Origin: Nemertoderma westbladi
Lineage: Eukaryota > Animalia > Xenacoelomorpha
Assembly (NCBI GenBank): GCA_032718475.1
Contig: JAUCBJ010008224.1
Span: 1 to 64,000 of the forward strand
Length of the DNA stretch: 64,000 nucleotides
Reading direction: 5' to 3'
Position numbers and translations under genes: made by a program. This document shows positions 9,743 to 20,537 of the stretch, one piece after another (the stretch's first letter is position 1; each line of letters starts with the position of its first letter). A model generated the notes under the pieces. The model was not told the DNA's origin. It searched no databases and was given only the letters and a program-made list of their open reading frames with translations.

Positions 9743-10276
9743 TTTATTTATTTCGGTTATGGGTATATTCAATTGCGGTGCGTGAACATATTATTAGCGC
9801 TAATATTAATTAATAATAAATATTTATTTCTTGGGTATATAGTAATAGCAATATTTTTAATGAATATATGGGACACGACAAGTGACGCAGGTTGGGGTCT
9901 TCACACCGTAATAATTGGTATAGAGCACATTGGGACCCAACTCTTTCCGTTATATAACAAGCATCTGCCGCCCAACCTACGCAGTTAACACAAAGGCCAG
10001 AATCTCAATCCACGCTACGCACATTAGACAATAATTAAACGCTCTAACGACAATCAAAGGTCTGGGTTCAATTTACTCGCATATGTGGCTGGTTTCACAA
10101 AAGAAATAAACCATATATAGATACGAAGCTGAAGCGTAGATAATTAGCTAGTTCTGTTATAGTTTATTTACTATATTAACATCTGGAATAGCGATACCGA
10201 ATTCACTTTATTATTAATTACATTATTAAATTATTATAAAGTTACATTATTAAATTATTATAAACAAAAACATATA

Positions 10277-10702
10277 ATGGCTACAGGCGGTGATAATAAA
10301 TCAGTCTCGGAGGTTGCCACCGACAACAACCCCGTCCATCCAGCCGCCATCCAACAAATACCTGTTTCCGGTAGGGTGCCCCAAACTTACGGTGTGGGGA
10401 GTCGCGGGGGTACCATTGAACCCCTTAGAAGGCCTAATACGCCGATGGCAGCGTTGTATAGGCCTATCAATTTTTATCCGGCGATTGGTAGGCCTCTTAG
10501 GCCTATTGCCATGGTATTTCCAAATAAGCGGCCCCGAGGGCGTGGTCGTGGCTTATCGCCGTGGTTCCCCCCGGATCCGCCGCAAGAAGGGGTAGTCCCT
10601 GCAGAACCAGGTAGAATTGTTGGTGGGGTAGTCCGCCCAACTTGTGCCTGCCCCCCAAGAATGGTGGGGGAAACAAGGACGCCACCTACCACCCAACATT
10701 AA
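10277..10702 (+). CDS. Pro/Gly/Arg-rich hypothetical accessory protein of the Maverick
   Basis: GC-rich ORF in AT-rich flanks, good start context (ATAATGG), TATAAA upstream at ~10235 and ~10259, AATAAA at ~10742. Confidence 0.5.
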   Translation: MATGGDNKSVSEVATDNNPVHPAAIQQIPVSGRVPQTYGVGSRGGTIEPLRRPNTPMAALYRPINFYPAIGRPLRPIAMVFPNKRPRGRGRGLSPWFPPDPPQEGVVPAEPGRIVGGVVRPTCACPPRMVGETRTPPTTQH

Positions 10703-10829
10703 TGTAAGTAATAATTTAATTTCAACAATTAATATAATAACAATAAATAATTACCAAAATTCAACAATAGTACCCGCACGCTAAAGGCTTTGCTCACTCC
10801 GCGCCGCGTAGGTACCCATATTCTAAGGC

Positions 10830-11764
10830 TTCGTTCGATTCATGGCTCGACCTATTTTTTCATCAAATCACTGTATAACAGAATTATTGGCAATTAAAAC
10901 TTATGTTGGCATCGGACGGCGATAAGACAACTCACCGATAGCGCCTATATACCACCACCACCTACCGAAAATTAATGTAAGTAATAATTTCGAAAATTAT
11001 TATAATAACAATAATCACTTCACGGCTCGCCCCACAACTAGTTGCTTAGCAATAACTATAGAATTGTAATATTGGTGGCTGTCATTAGTTGAATACAATA
11101 ACCTTACTTCGATGCTATCACTCACTTCATGGCTTGCCCCATAGGTAGAATAATCAAATTAAAATAATATTATAAATACTATAACCTTATACTCACTTCA
11201 CGGCTCGCCCCATTTTTTCAATGTTGGAAAGGAATGAAGGGGACGTTGGGTGATGGTGGTAGTGGTAATGATGTTGTGGGTGAGGAAGAACTCACTTCAC
11301 GGCTCGCCCCCATAAGTCTGTGTTTATTTACCTTTTTTAGTTGTTGCGTCATAACCTTACTTCGGCGCTATCACTCACACTTCGGCGCTATCACTCACTT
11401 CATGGCTCGCCCCATAGGTAGAATAATCAAATCATGTTAAAGACTTTTATAATAACAAACGTCTGCAACCCACTTACTATATTGGGTTTTACCTATTGCG
11501 GTTCAAGGTCAAACGCCGACCGGTAGACACGAATTAATTAAATTACTTCCGCCTGCAAACTGGTCTTATACCGCGTATGTCACATATATACACAGCGGTG
11601 ACATATGTTACATATGCACAATGGTAACCATGGCAACCATAGTAAGTGGGTGGGGCAACAATAGTAATCATAGTAAGTAGGCGGGGCAAGAGCCGTTCGG
11701 CAAATTCTTTAACATGGTAGACTATGGCAGACGCTGTCTCAATCACGTTGTTTAACGTACTACT
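10830..11764. repeat. Right terminal region/TIR of the Maverick with reiterated CACTTCAYGGCTYGCCCC motifs
   Basis: Motif at ~11016, ~11123, ~11194, ~11293 and ~11396. A longer block ending CATAGGTAGAATAATCAAAT is repeated at ~11101-11160 and ~11354-11433. Confidence 0.7.
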
Positions 11765-14700
11765 GAGCTAGTCACACTAGCTCGTTATGCTCGTCGCCCG
11801 ACGTTATGCACGACGCTCGTCGTACCTAATCACACTCTTACATATATATTATTTTACATATATTTGGTGGCTGGTTACTATTAAGTTACATTTATGATGT
11901 ACCCTGATTACGTTGGTTGCCTAGTGATATCAGCAGATCAGCTGATCATCAGTACTTCTGTAGTACTGCACTTCGGCTTCCTAAAGCCTACACCTGTACA
12001 CTTCTGCACTGCCCTGTCAGACATATTAATACATAATATACTGATATGATATAGCCTCACGCTCACCCTTGAGTTATTCCATATCACTACAGTTTGTGTG
12101 TATACAGAATAGCCACGGAGCAACCAGGACGTTTGTAAAATTTATTCGCTTTGCAGTATATTGCTATCAATATATTGTTGGCTATTTATTTGTCACACAA
12201 AGAAAATACAACCTGTAGCGTGAGCTAAATTTAGTGTATTATTATTATTTGATCATTAAAATAATATAATATAAGTATTTATACATTTATACACCATGAA
12301 CGTAATATAGATTCATTTTCTGATGACACGGACCCCCCCCCCCCCCCAGATTTTTCTACAAATCTTTATCATATTGCTAGAAATTTGAAACACAACTAGT
12401 TCAAATCACCGTCGATGACCCCATGAAGCCGGAATTTTCGATTTTACCTTTAAATGTTTTTATAAGCGTTTTAAAAAAGTGTCTTTTGCGAAATCGCACC
12501 CTCCGTATCGTGGCCATTCTTCACATTAGTCGTAATTGCGTTGCAAGGATTCGAAATATGTAACAATATCTGAATTTCGTTGAAAACAGCTGAGATACAG
12601 GCGTTCAAAGATTGCAAGAATTATTGTTCGCTGCAAGCCATTTATTCTATTTAATAAACACAAATTCTAGAACGTGTTATTTATTTTATAAGTTGGTTGG
12701 CAACAGCGGTATTCCTATCCAATATATATATTGCGTGGCTATTCATACATAAACAAAATGTTCCAGAACATCGTGTATTTATTAAATAGAATAAATGGTC
12801 TTCAGCGAACGATACTTATTGCAATCTTTGAATGCCTATATCTCAGTTGTTTCTCAACGAAATTCAGATATTGTTACATATTTCGAGAAATTCCGATATT
12901 GTTACATATTTCGAGAAATTCCGATATTGTTACATATTTCGAGAAATTCAGATATTGTTACATATTTCGAATCCTTGCCAGGCAAGCTTTCTAATGATAT
13001 AAAAAATTACGACTAATGTGAAGAATGTCCACGATACGGAGGGTGCGATTTCGCAAAAGACACTTTTTTAAAACGCTTATAAAATAAATTTAAAGGCAAA
13101 ATCGAAAATTTCGGCTTCATGGGGTCATCGACGGTGACTGGAACTAGTGGTGTTTCTAATTTCATGCAATATGATAAAGATTTGTAGAAAAATCTGGGGG
13201 GGGGGGGGGGGGGGGTTCCGTGTCATCAGAAAATGACACAATATATTACGGGCATAGCCTACTATATTACAGGCCGTGCCAACGTGCAGATACAATAAAC
13301 CCCCACAGCGACTATAACTCATAACGAGCTAGTCACACTAGCTCGTTATGCTCGTCGCCCGACGTTATGCACGACGCTCGTCGTACCTAATCACACTCTT
13401 ACATATATATTATTTTACATATATTTGGTGGCTGGTTACTATTAAGTTACATTTATGATGTACCCTGATTACGTTGGTTGCCTAGTGATATCAGCAGATC
13501 AGCTGATCATCAGTACTTCTGTAGTACTGCACTTCGGCTTCCTAAAGCCTACACCTGTACACTTCTGCACTGCCCTGTCAGACATATTAATACATAATAT
13601 ACTGATATGATATAGCCTCACGCTCACCCTTGAGTTATTCCATATCACTACAGTTTGTGTGTATACAGAATAGCCACGGAGCAACCAGGACGTTTGTAAA
13701 ATTTATTCGCTTTGCAGTATATTGCTATCAATATATTGTTGGCTATTTATTTGTCACACAAAGAAAATACAACCTGTAGCGTGAGCTAAATTTAGTGTAT
13801 TATTATTATTTGATCATTAAAATAATATAATATAAGTATTTATACATTTATACACCATGAACGTAATATAGATTCATTTTCTGATGACACGGACCCCCCC
13901 CCCCCCCCAGATTTTTCTACAAATCTTTATCATATTGCTAGAAATTTGAAACACAACTAGTTCAAATCACCGTCGATGACCCCATGAAGCCGGAATTTTC
14001 GATTTTACCTTTAAATGTTTTTATAAGCGTTTTAAAAAAGTGTCTTTTGCGAAATCGCACCCTCCGTATCGTGGCCATTCTTCACATTAGTCGTAATTGC
14101 GTTGCAAGGATTCGAAATATGTAACAATATCTGAATTTCGTTGAGAAACAGCTGAGATACAGGCGTTCAAAGATTGCAAGAATTATTGTTCGCTGCAAGC
14201 CATTTATTCTATTTAATAAACACAAATTCTAGAACGTGTTATTTATTTTATAAGTTGGTTGGCAACAGCGGTATTCCTATCCAATATATATATTGCGTGG
14301 CTATTCATACATAAACAAAATGTTCCAGAACATCGTGTATTTATTAAATAGAATAAATGGTCTTCAGCGAACGATACTTATTGCAATCTTTGAATGCCTA
14401 TATCTCAGTTGTTTCTCAACGAAATTCAGATATTGTTACATATTTCGAGAAATTCCGATATTGTTACATATTTCGAGAAATTCCGATATTGTTACATATT
14501 TCGAGAAATTCAGATATTGTTACATATTTCGAATCCTTGCCAGGCAAGCTTTCTAATGATATAAAAAATTACGACTAATGTGAAGAATGTCCACGATACG
14601 GAGGGTGCGATTTCGCAAAAGACACTTTTTTAAAACGCTTATAAAATAAATTTAAAGGCAAAATCGAAAATTTCGGCTTCATGGGGTCATCGACGGTGAC

Positions 14701-14839
14701 TGGAACTAGTGGTGTTTCTAATTTCATGCAATATGATAAAGATTTGTAGAAAAATCTGGGGGGGGGGGGGCGCAAATGACACAATATATTACGGGCATAG
14801 CCTACTATATTACAGGCCGTGCCAACGTGCAGATACAAT
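11765..14839 (+). repeat. Near-identical ~1.56-kb tandem duplication (11765-13296 vs 13326-14839)
   Basis: GAGCTAGTCACACTAGCTCG starts at 11765 and 13326. Both copies end in GTGCAGATACAAT. Identical spurious ORFs appear in both copies. Confidence 0.97.
12290..13252. mobile_element. Foldback MITE, copy 1 (right tip replaced by a P-element end fragment)
   Basis: Long inverted arms (TCATTTTCTGATGACACGG-polyC ... polyG-TTCCGTGTCATCAGAAAATGA). Internal 28-bp repeat x4 at ~12859-12970. Confidence 0.85.
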
Positions 14840-15204
14840 TCTGACTTGGCGGCCGAGTTGGACTTGGAACCAGACTCCGCAATCAGCCAGTAGGCCTACA
14901 GCCAGACAGCAATACCTGAATTCAGCATTGGAGCCTACACTATACCTACAGCTGTACAGACCTAGGTCAGTAGGTGTGTTCCATGTCTTACTTCAGTACT
15001 TGTATGTACTGTACTGGTACTCCCTTTTGAGAAGTTTTAGATAAGTTTTAGGCTACTTGTGCCTTTGCGCCGAAAGTCTTCGACGCAGCATTACGACTGG
15101 CGTTGGAAGTGGAAGCCATCGCAAAGATGTGCAGCGCCAGCGCTAAAATTTAGAACTAATTAAAACATCCAGGTATTAGGCCTACTTGGTGCTTGGATAT
15201 CGAT

Positions 15205-17727
15205 ATGCCTCGGAAGTGCTGCGTGCCAGAGTGTCGGTCAAACTATAAAAACGCCACCCCATGCAGCGTTTTCCGTATTCCAGGGGAGGAGCCTTATAGA
15301 TCGTCATGGATTTCCGTATTATCAAAAGTGCGTGCTAATTTGCATGTGACTAAACAAACCGTTGTTTGTGAACTCCACTGGCCTGAAAACTATGAAAAGC
15401 GCCGTGCTTATCGCTCAATTAAAATGATTCCAGCAGATCCACCGTCTGTGTGGCCAAACATCGCTCCAAGTTGTACGCCCACCCATGCTAACAACCGTCC
15501 CCGCAACCGTAAACTCGTTGCATCTATGCGATCATTACAGCCGGACGAGTTACCCCAGTTTCTGCAGGGGGATATTGTGACTTATGGATTAATTCGATCA
15601 ACAGCTTCTGATAAACTTAACTGTTTCCAAAATCTTATCGTCTATGAGTGCAATGATGCTGATGGATGTAATGGGGATAATATGACAACTATATTGCAAT
15701 CGTCTGAACTTATCGGTTCGTCGCCAAAATTTATGATGAAGATAAAGACATCGCTGCAGTTCGAATGCTACAATTATGGAGTCAGAATATCAGTTCCATT
15801 ATGTGTTACTAATCGTATAATTATTGCTTCGCGGTGGTCAATTATTGAAAATATTATTAGGTACCTTTCTAACTGTGAAGCTTCTCACAAAGTCGAGATT
15901 CTACACGAACATTTGACGTGCATGGCTCCAGTTTCTGCGGGAGATAAGCGCTGGGATCCTGAAACATTGGTTCGAGCTTTCGAGTATTATGCCACCAGCC
16001 ATTGCTTATACCGTAAACTTAGAGAAGATTTTAAACTGCCAGGTGTGCGAACTTTACAACGAATCACATCTTCCGTCTCACATGCTGATGACTCTATGTT
16101 TTTATTTAGCGTTTTTAACAAACTTCCAATCGAGCAACGTCGTTGTATAATTCTTCTCGTTGAAATTTATGTTAAAGCTGCAGTGAGATATGTAGGTGGA
16201 GAACTATTTGGAGAGGCTGCTAATTCCCCAGGACAATTGGCTCGTACTATATTGGGGCTGATGATAAAGTGTCTATATGGTGGGCCTACATTTCTTAATA
16301 AGATGGTACCCATTCTTAAATTGAATGCAAACTTTCAGCAACAAATAGTTTATGAAATATCCAGTGACATCATAACATCTGGAGGGGAGATATTGTGCAT
16401 CATTTGCGATAACTTGAAAGTTAATAGAAAATTTTTTTCTTTGCACCAGACAGTAAGAAATGAACCCTGGCTTACCCAGAATGGTACCTTTCTAATTTAT
16501 GACTTTATACATTTGTTCAAATGTATTCGCAATAACTGGATCACAGAAAAATCGAAAACTATCGAATTTGATGGATGTGTAGCGAAATGGTCCTGTATTG
16601 AAAGTCTCTTTGAACGAGAAAAGGCATCATCAATAAAGATTGCCCATCGATTGACACAGAAGGCAGTGTACCCAAAGTCTATTGAAAGACAGGATGTTTC
16701 TGCTATGCTCCGTGTGTTTTGTGATGAAACTGTTGTTGCTCTTCGTACTCACGTTGATCCTACTGATGATGATAAAGAAACCGCAACTTTCATTGAGAAG
16801 TTCGTTCGCGCATTTAAGATACTTAACATTCGCAGTCGCAGTGAAGACCAGCACTTAAACGACCCACTGCGCCAACCATTTACCGACTCAAATGACCCAC
16901 GACTCTCCGCGTTACTGATGCTGGCTAACCAAATCGACTCAATGGATTGCAAAAATGGCAACCTTCGCTGTCATACTTTTACTATTGATACTGCTAAGGC
17001 CATCTCTCATACATTTCGTGGCATTGTACATTTGATTCGCCATTGTCTCAACAATGGTTTTCAATATGTACTCCCCGGTCAGTTTACCACTGATCCCCTG
17101 GAAAAGGCGTTTGGACGGATCCGACAGTCAGCAGGCGGTACTTATTTCATATCTGCAGTCCAGGCAATGCAATATTACTCAATACAAAAGACCAAATTAA
17201 TAACTGCATTGGATCAAGATTTTCTAGATTTTCAATCAACTAGCGTATCTCATAAATGTGATAACTGTGCTTTCATGCTAACTGAAGAGGACGCTGCAGT
17301 ATTCGATTCCTTGTCAGCCCTTGAGGTTGACGAGTTGGCCTTCGACACAAAGTCTGCTTTGCTATATGTTGCTGGTTATATACAGCGTTATATTCCCAAC
17401 GATGATGACGATGACACATACTTTTATGCAATGCAGTTTGGCGGCTTTCTTGGTGAACTAAATCGAGGGAAATTGGTTACACCATCCGATACCTTTGTCC
17501 AGTTTACATTCTTTGCTTACATCATGTTTATTAGTTTAAACAAGCACAGACTATGTCGTTTTAGTTTAACCAATATTTTTGAAACAATTGCGGATAGTTA
17601 TTTCGCCCCAGTCGTGCCAAAGGTGTGCTGTACCAGACTGTGCAACATATTTCTTAATAATTACAGTGTATTAGTCACGCCTACAAGCTCAAAGGAAACA
17701 TCAATTAAAGCATTCAAGTTGTGCTAA
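15205..17727 (+). CDS. THAP-domain P-element-type transposase (intronless; first catalytic Asp replaced by Val)
   Basis: THAP C2CH (CCVPEC...VCELHW...PSVW), LP..RTL, ICDN, DFIHLFKCIRNNW, TDPLEKAFG.IRQ..GG, YVAGY. LLVEIYVK stands where a DE motif is expected. Confidence 0.93.
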   Translation: MPRKCCVPECRSNYKNATPCSVFRIPGEEPYRSSWISVLSKVRANLHVTKQTVVCELHWPENYEKRRAYRSIKMIPADPPSVWPNIAPSCTPTHANNRPRNRKLVASMRSLQPDELPQFLQGDIVTYGLIRSTASDKLNCFQNLIVYECNDADGCNGDNMTTILQSSELIGSSPKFMMKIKTSLQFECYNYGVRISVPLCVTNRIIIASRWSIIENIIRYLSNCEASHKVEILHEHLTCMAPVSAGDKRWDPETLVRAFEYYATSHCLYRKLREDFKLPGVRTLQRITSSVSHADDSMFLFSVFNKLPIEQRRCIILLVEIYVKAAVRYVGGELFGEAANSPGQLARTILGLMIKCLYGGPTFLNKMVPILKLNANFQQQIVYEISSDIITSGGEILCIICDNLKVNRKFFSLHQTVRNEPWLTQNGTFLIYDFIHLFKCIRNNWITEKSKTIEFDGCVAKWSCIESLFEREKASSIKIAHRLTQKAVYPKSIERQDVSAMLRVFCDETVVALRTHVDPTDDDKETATFIEKFVRAFKILNIRSRSEDQHLNDPLRQPFTDSNDPRLSALLMLANQIDSMDCKNGNLRCHTFTIDTAKAISHTFRGIVHLIRHCLNNGFQYVLPGQFTTDPLEKAFGRIRQSAGGTYFISAVQAMQYYSIQKTKLITALDQDFLDFQSTSVSHKCDNCAFMLTEEDAAVFDSLSALEVDELAFDTKSALLYVAGYIQRYIPNDDDDDTYFYAMQFGGFLGELNRGKLVTPSDTFVQFTFFAYIMFISLNKHRLCRFSLTNIFETIADSYFAPVVPKVCCTRLCNIFLNNYSVLVTPTSSKETSIKAFKLC

Positions 17728-17852
17728 TGATATGTTTTTCAATTAAAGCATTCAAGTTGTGCTAATGATATGTTTTTCAATTAAAGCATTCAAGTTGTGC
17801 TAATGATATGTTTTTCAATTAAAGCATTCAAGTTGTGCTAATGATATGTTTT
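17701..17852 (+). repeat. 38-bp tandem repeat x4 spanning the transposase stop codon
   Basis: TCAATTAAAGCATTCAAGTTGTGCTAATGATATGTTTT repeated four times. Confidence 0.95.
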
Positions 17853-18339
17853 ATTTATTGCCATACAGTAAAGTTAATTACGTTAAGTGTGAAGTTATCA
17901 GGCTAGGTATAAAGTAACAGCATAAGTGTAAAGTTATCACCCAAAATTTAAAGTGCTGCTTAACAAAGAAAATTTATAATAAATTTTTATTCTAGGGAAG
18001 CAATGGATGTGATTTTTAAATAAGACCAATTTCAATTAATTATAATCCAGCAGATTAACAGACAAACTGTAATAAATGACATAAAGTTTAATTAAAGTTT
18101 CATAACGTATGCATGCATCCTACGGAAAAAGTATTTAGTGCATAGTTATCAGGTTTTGTGATGATGACACCACCAATAATAGTATAGGTAGGTTATTAAA
18201 GGTCGGCCGCCAAGTCAGAATCGACCTGCACGTTGGCATGGCCTGTAATATAGTAGGCTATGATTACGGGACATGGTGTACATTTATCAGTACAAAGTGT
18301 AGTGATCTAGCTAGCTATAATAATAATTGTTTGTTGTGT

Positions 18340-20000
18340 TGCCTAGCAACATATCCAGAATCCTTAGCTGGGAAACCTTGCAACTAACGTTCTAGTTCCA
18401 GGGTTGCCACATGGCTCCCCCCAGCGGAGGGCACTGAAGTGATGATGCCTAGAACCCATAATAGTTCGAAGGCTTTATTATACGGCTTGAACGTAAAACT
18501 TGTTCCATTGTTGCTGGGGTTGGCGCCGGTGAGTGGTATGTGGGTGAGGGTGTACCGGTTAGCAGCGCTGGATTTGGAGCTGTGGTCGACCACTCCGATT
18601 TATACGCTACTTTGAGTCTGTCGACACAGACAGAGTCTTGTTTACCATTGATGTGGAGTAAGAATAATTTATCACCCGCCTTCAAGACTTTGAATGAACC
18701 TGAATAGGGCCGCTCCATGGGTCCGTGGTGCTTGTCTACTCGGACATAAACGAATCCAGTTGATTATAAATGGTTTAGAAAGTGTTCATGTTGTCGGCCA
18801 TGTTAGTTGAAAGGCGGAGGGAGTGCGGAATACATAGCAGTTTGAAGACGTAGCAGGAATTCGTTATCTGGAGAGTCAGTAGGAGATCCGCCCTGTAGAC
18901 ACTGCCCTGGGAGGTGTAGAGCTGTGTCGTAAACAAGGTCGACAGCTGAGCAGTTGATGTCTTCACTCCAGGCAGTCCGCATTCCGAGGAGAACGAGGGG
19001 TAACTCATCCATCCAGTGTGGGTTGTTGGGGCGAGCCTTTAAGGCAGCTTTAAGTTGACGGTGCATACGCTATACAATACCGTTAGCCTGAGGGTGATAG
19101 GCTGTAGTGGATGAGGCAGAGATGCCTAGAAGTTGATGTAGCTTCGACCATAAGTGCGAAGTGAATTGGGATCCGCGATACGAATTACCTTTTGATTCAG
19201 GGAGGGGTCCCACAAGGTCAACACGGAGACTGGCAAACCGTCGGTCGGGTTGTGGCCCATGTGTAAGTGGGGCATGTACATGACGTTACACTTTGAATGC
19301 CTGGCACAGATGGCACTCTCGGCACCATCTTCTGACATCAGATTTTAGTTTGTGCCAAACAATTCCTGGAGGAGATGGCGCGTTGCATTGGACGGCAACC
19401 AGTATGTGCCAGGTTGTGAATTGAGGTGAAAATGTGCTTAGTCCATGTAGCTGGCACTATGGGACGATTGTTGCCTGTAGAAATGTCGCACAGGACGAAA
19501 GAGACATCTTTGAGGTTGAGGCCAGATATAGCTGTCCGATAGGATGCGATTTCGTCGGAAGAAACCTGGTCAGCTGCCAATTGGCGGTAATCATTAGTCG
19601 GAATATGAATCTGCGGAGACTGTTGGACTGACTACACAAGAGCATCTGCAACCATATTGATATGGCGAACATCGGTGGTAAACTCTGATATGTATGAGAG
19701 TTGTCGAGTTTGTCGTGGTGATCTGTCGCTGGAGATCGTGTCTGTCGAAGCAGTCCCGATGGTGTACGGTCCCCAAGACCAGATAATGAGAGTAATTCGT
19801 TGTCTTTGACCGCTTGAGATTTACCGAAGGTTTTGATAAGGGCTGTCTTCAAAGTTTCATTGCGATCAGCAACTGGAGGGCTGAAGATAATCGATCTAAC
19901 TTATTTAGCAGTGGCATTGTCCAGAGCTGCAACGATGTAATTAAACTTTATCTTGTCGACAGTAATCGGGGGTGTTCTCGTTTCAAACTGACCCTCCACT
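18340..20000 (-). pseudogene. Degenerate, internally deleted Gypsy/Ty3 LTR retrotransposon (gag and integrase fragments, PPT)
   Basis: Minus-strand fragments: gag LKTALIK.F...L..L..LGDRTPS.LLR; integrase HNLAHTG, HPQANG, MHRQLKAAL..W...LP.VLLG.RT, PYSG.F.V...VDRLK. PPT GGGGGGAGCCA followed by TGT at 18411. Confidence 0.88.
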
Positions 20001-20537
20001 GATTTAATATAGCGAAGTCCGTTCCATATAAATTTATAATTAATGTTTGCTATTTATGTTGTCAATAATTCCGATATATTATAACTGAAGTATTTCATTA
20101 AATAAAAACAAATTGTGACGTAGTGAAGTCAATAAATTATGTCATAAAAAAGCTTTAGCTTACTGTAGAACAAGGTCAATCAAATTAAATTGTTCTATAA
20201 AAAAATCTTTGATATTTTAAAAAACTCATAATAATAAAAAATGGTGATCAAGGGTTATTATTTGAAATTTAATTCCAGAAAGCTACTGGACACAGTAAAA
20301 ATATTCAAACGCTTACAATGTTTAATAATATATTTTGTAGATCACATAGGATATCGGCGGTCAATTGTCCTAGTTCCGTCCTAGTAAGACCCTTTACCTA
20401 AGTAGTACCCTTTGTTCTAGTTGACCCTTTGTCCTACCCTTTGAGCATCAGGTAATTTTTCCTACCTGATAAAGTTTTACAACATAGTATATTTACCAGT
20501 TTCTGTGTTTAACATTAGTGTTTATTTGTTGTTGCAG

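Larger units (their letters stand above)
1..11764 (+). mobile_element. Maverick/Polinton (adintovirus-like endogenous viral element), right portion; left end outside window
   Basis: Co-oriented pPolB, A32-like ATPase, rve integrase, pentons, major capsid and adenain protease genes. Ends in GTACTACT at 11757-11764, the reverse complement of the AGTAGT Maverick terminus. Confidence 0.95.
14796..18262 (+). mobile_element. Full-length P-superfamily DNA transposon
   Basis: ~59-bp imperfect TIRs beginning CATAGCCTACTATATTACAGGCC. Perfect 8-bp TSD ATTACGGG at 14788-14795 and 18263-18270. Encodes a THAP transposase. Confidence 0.95.
13851..18280. mobile_element. Foldback MITE, copy 2, with a P element nested in its right TIR
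   Basis: Begins TACACCATG at 13851 and ends CATGGTGTA at 18280 once the P element is removed; flanked by CATTTA direct repeats. Confidence 0.8.

Noticed and set aside
11938-15044. Duplicated short ORFs (MLRGYSVY..., MRGYSYIN...)
   Set aside because: By-products of the tandem duplication and the 28-bp repeat; non-ATG starts and no domains.
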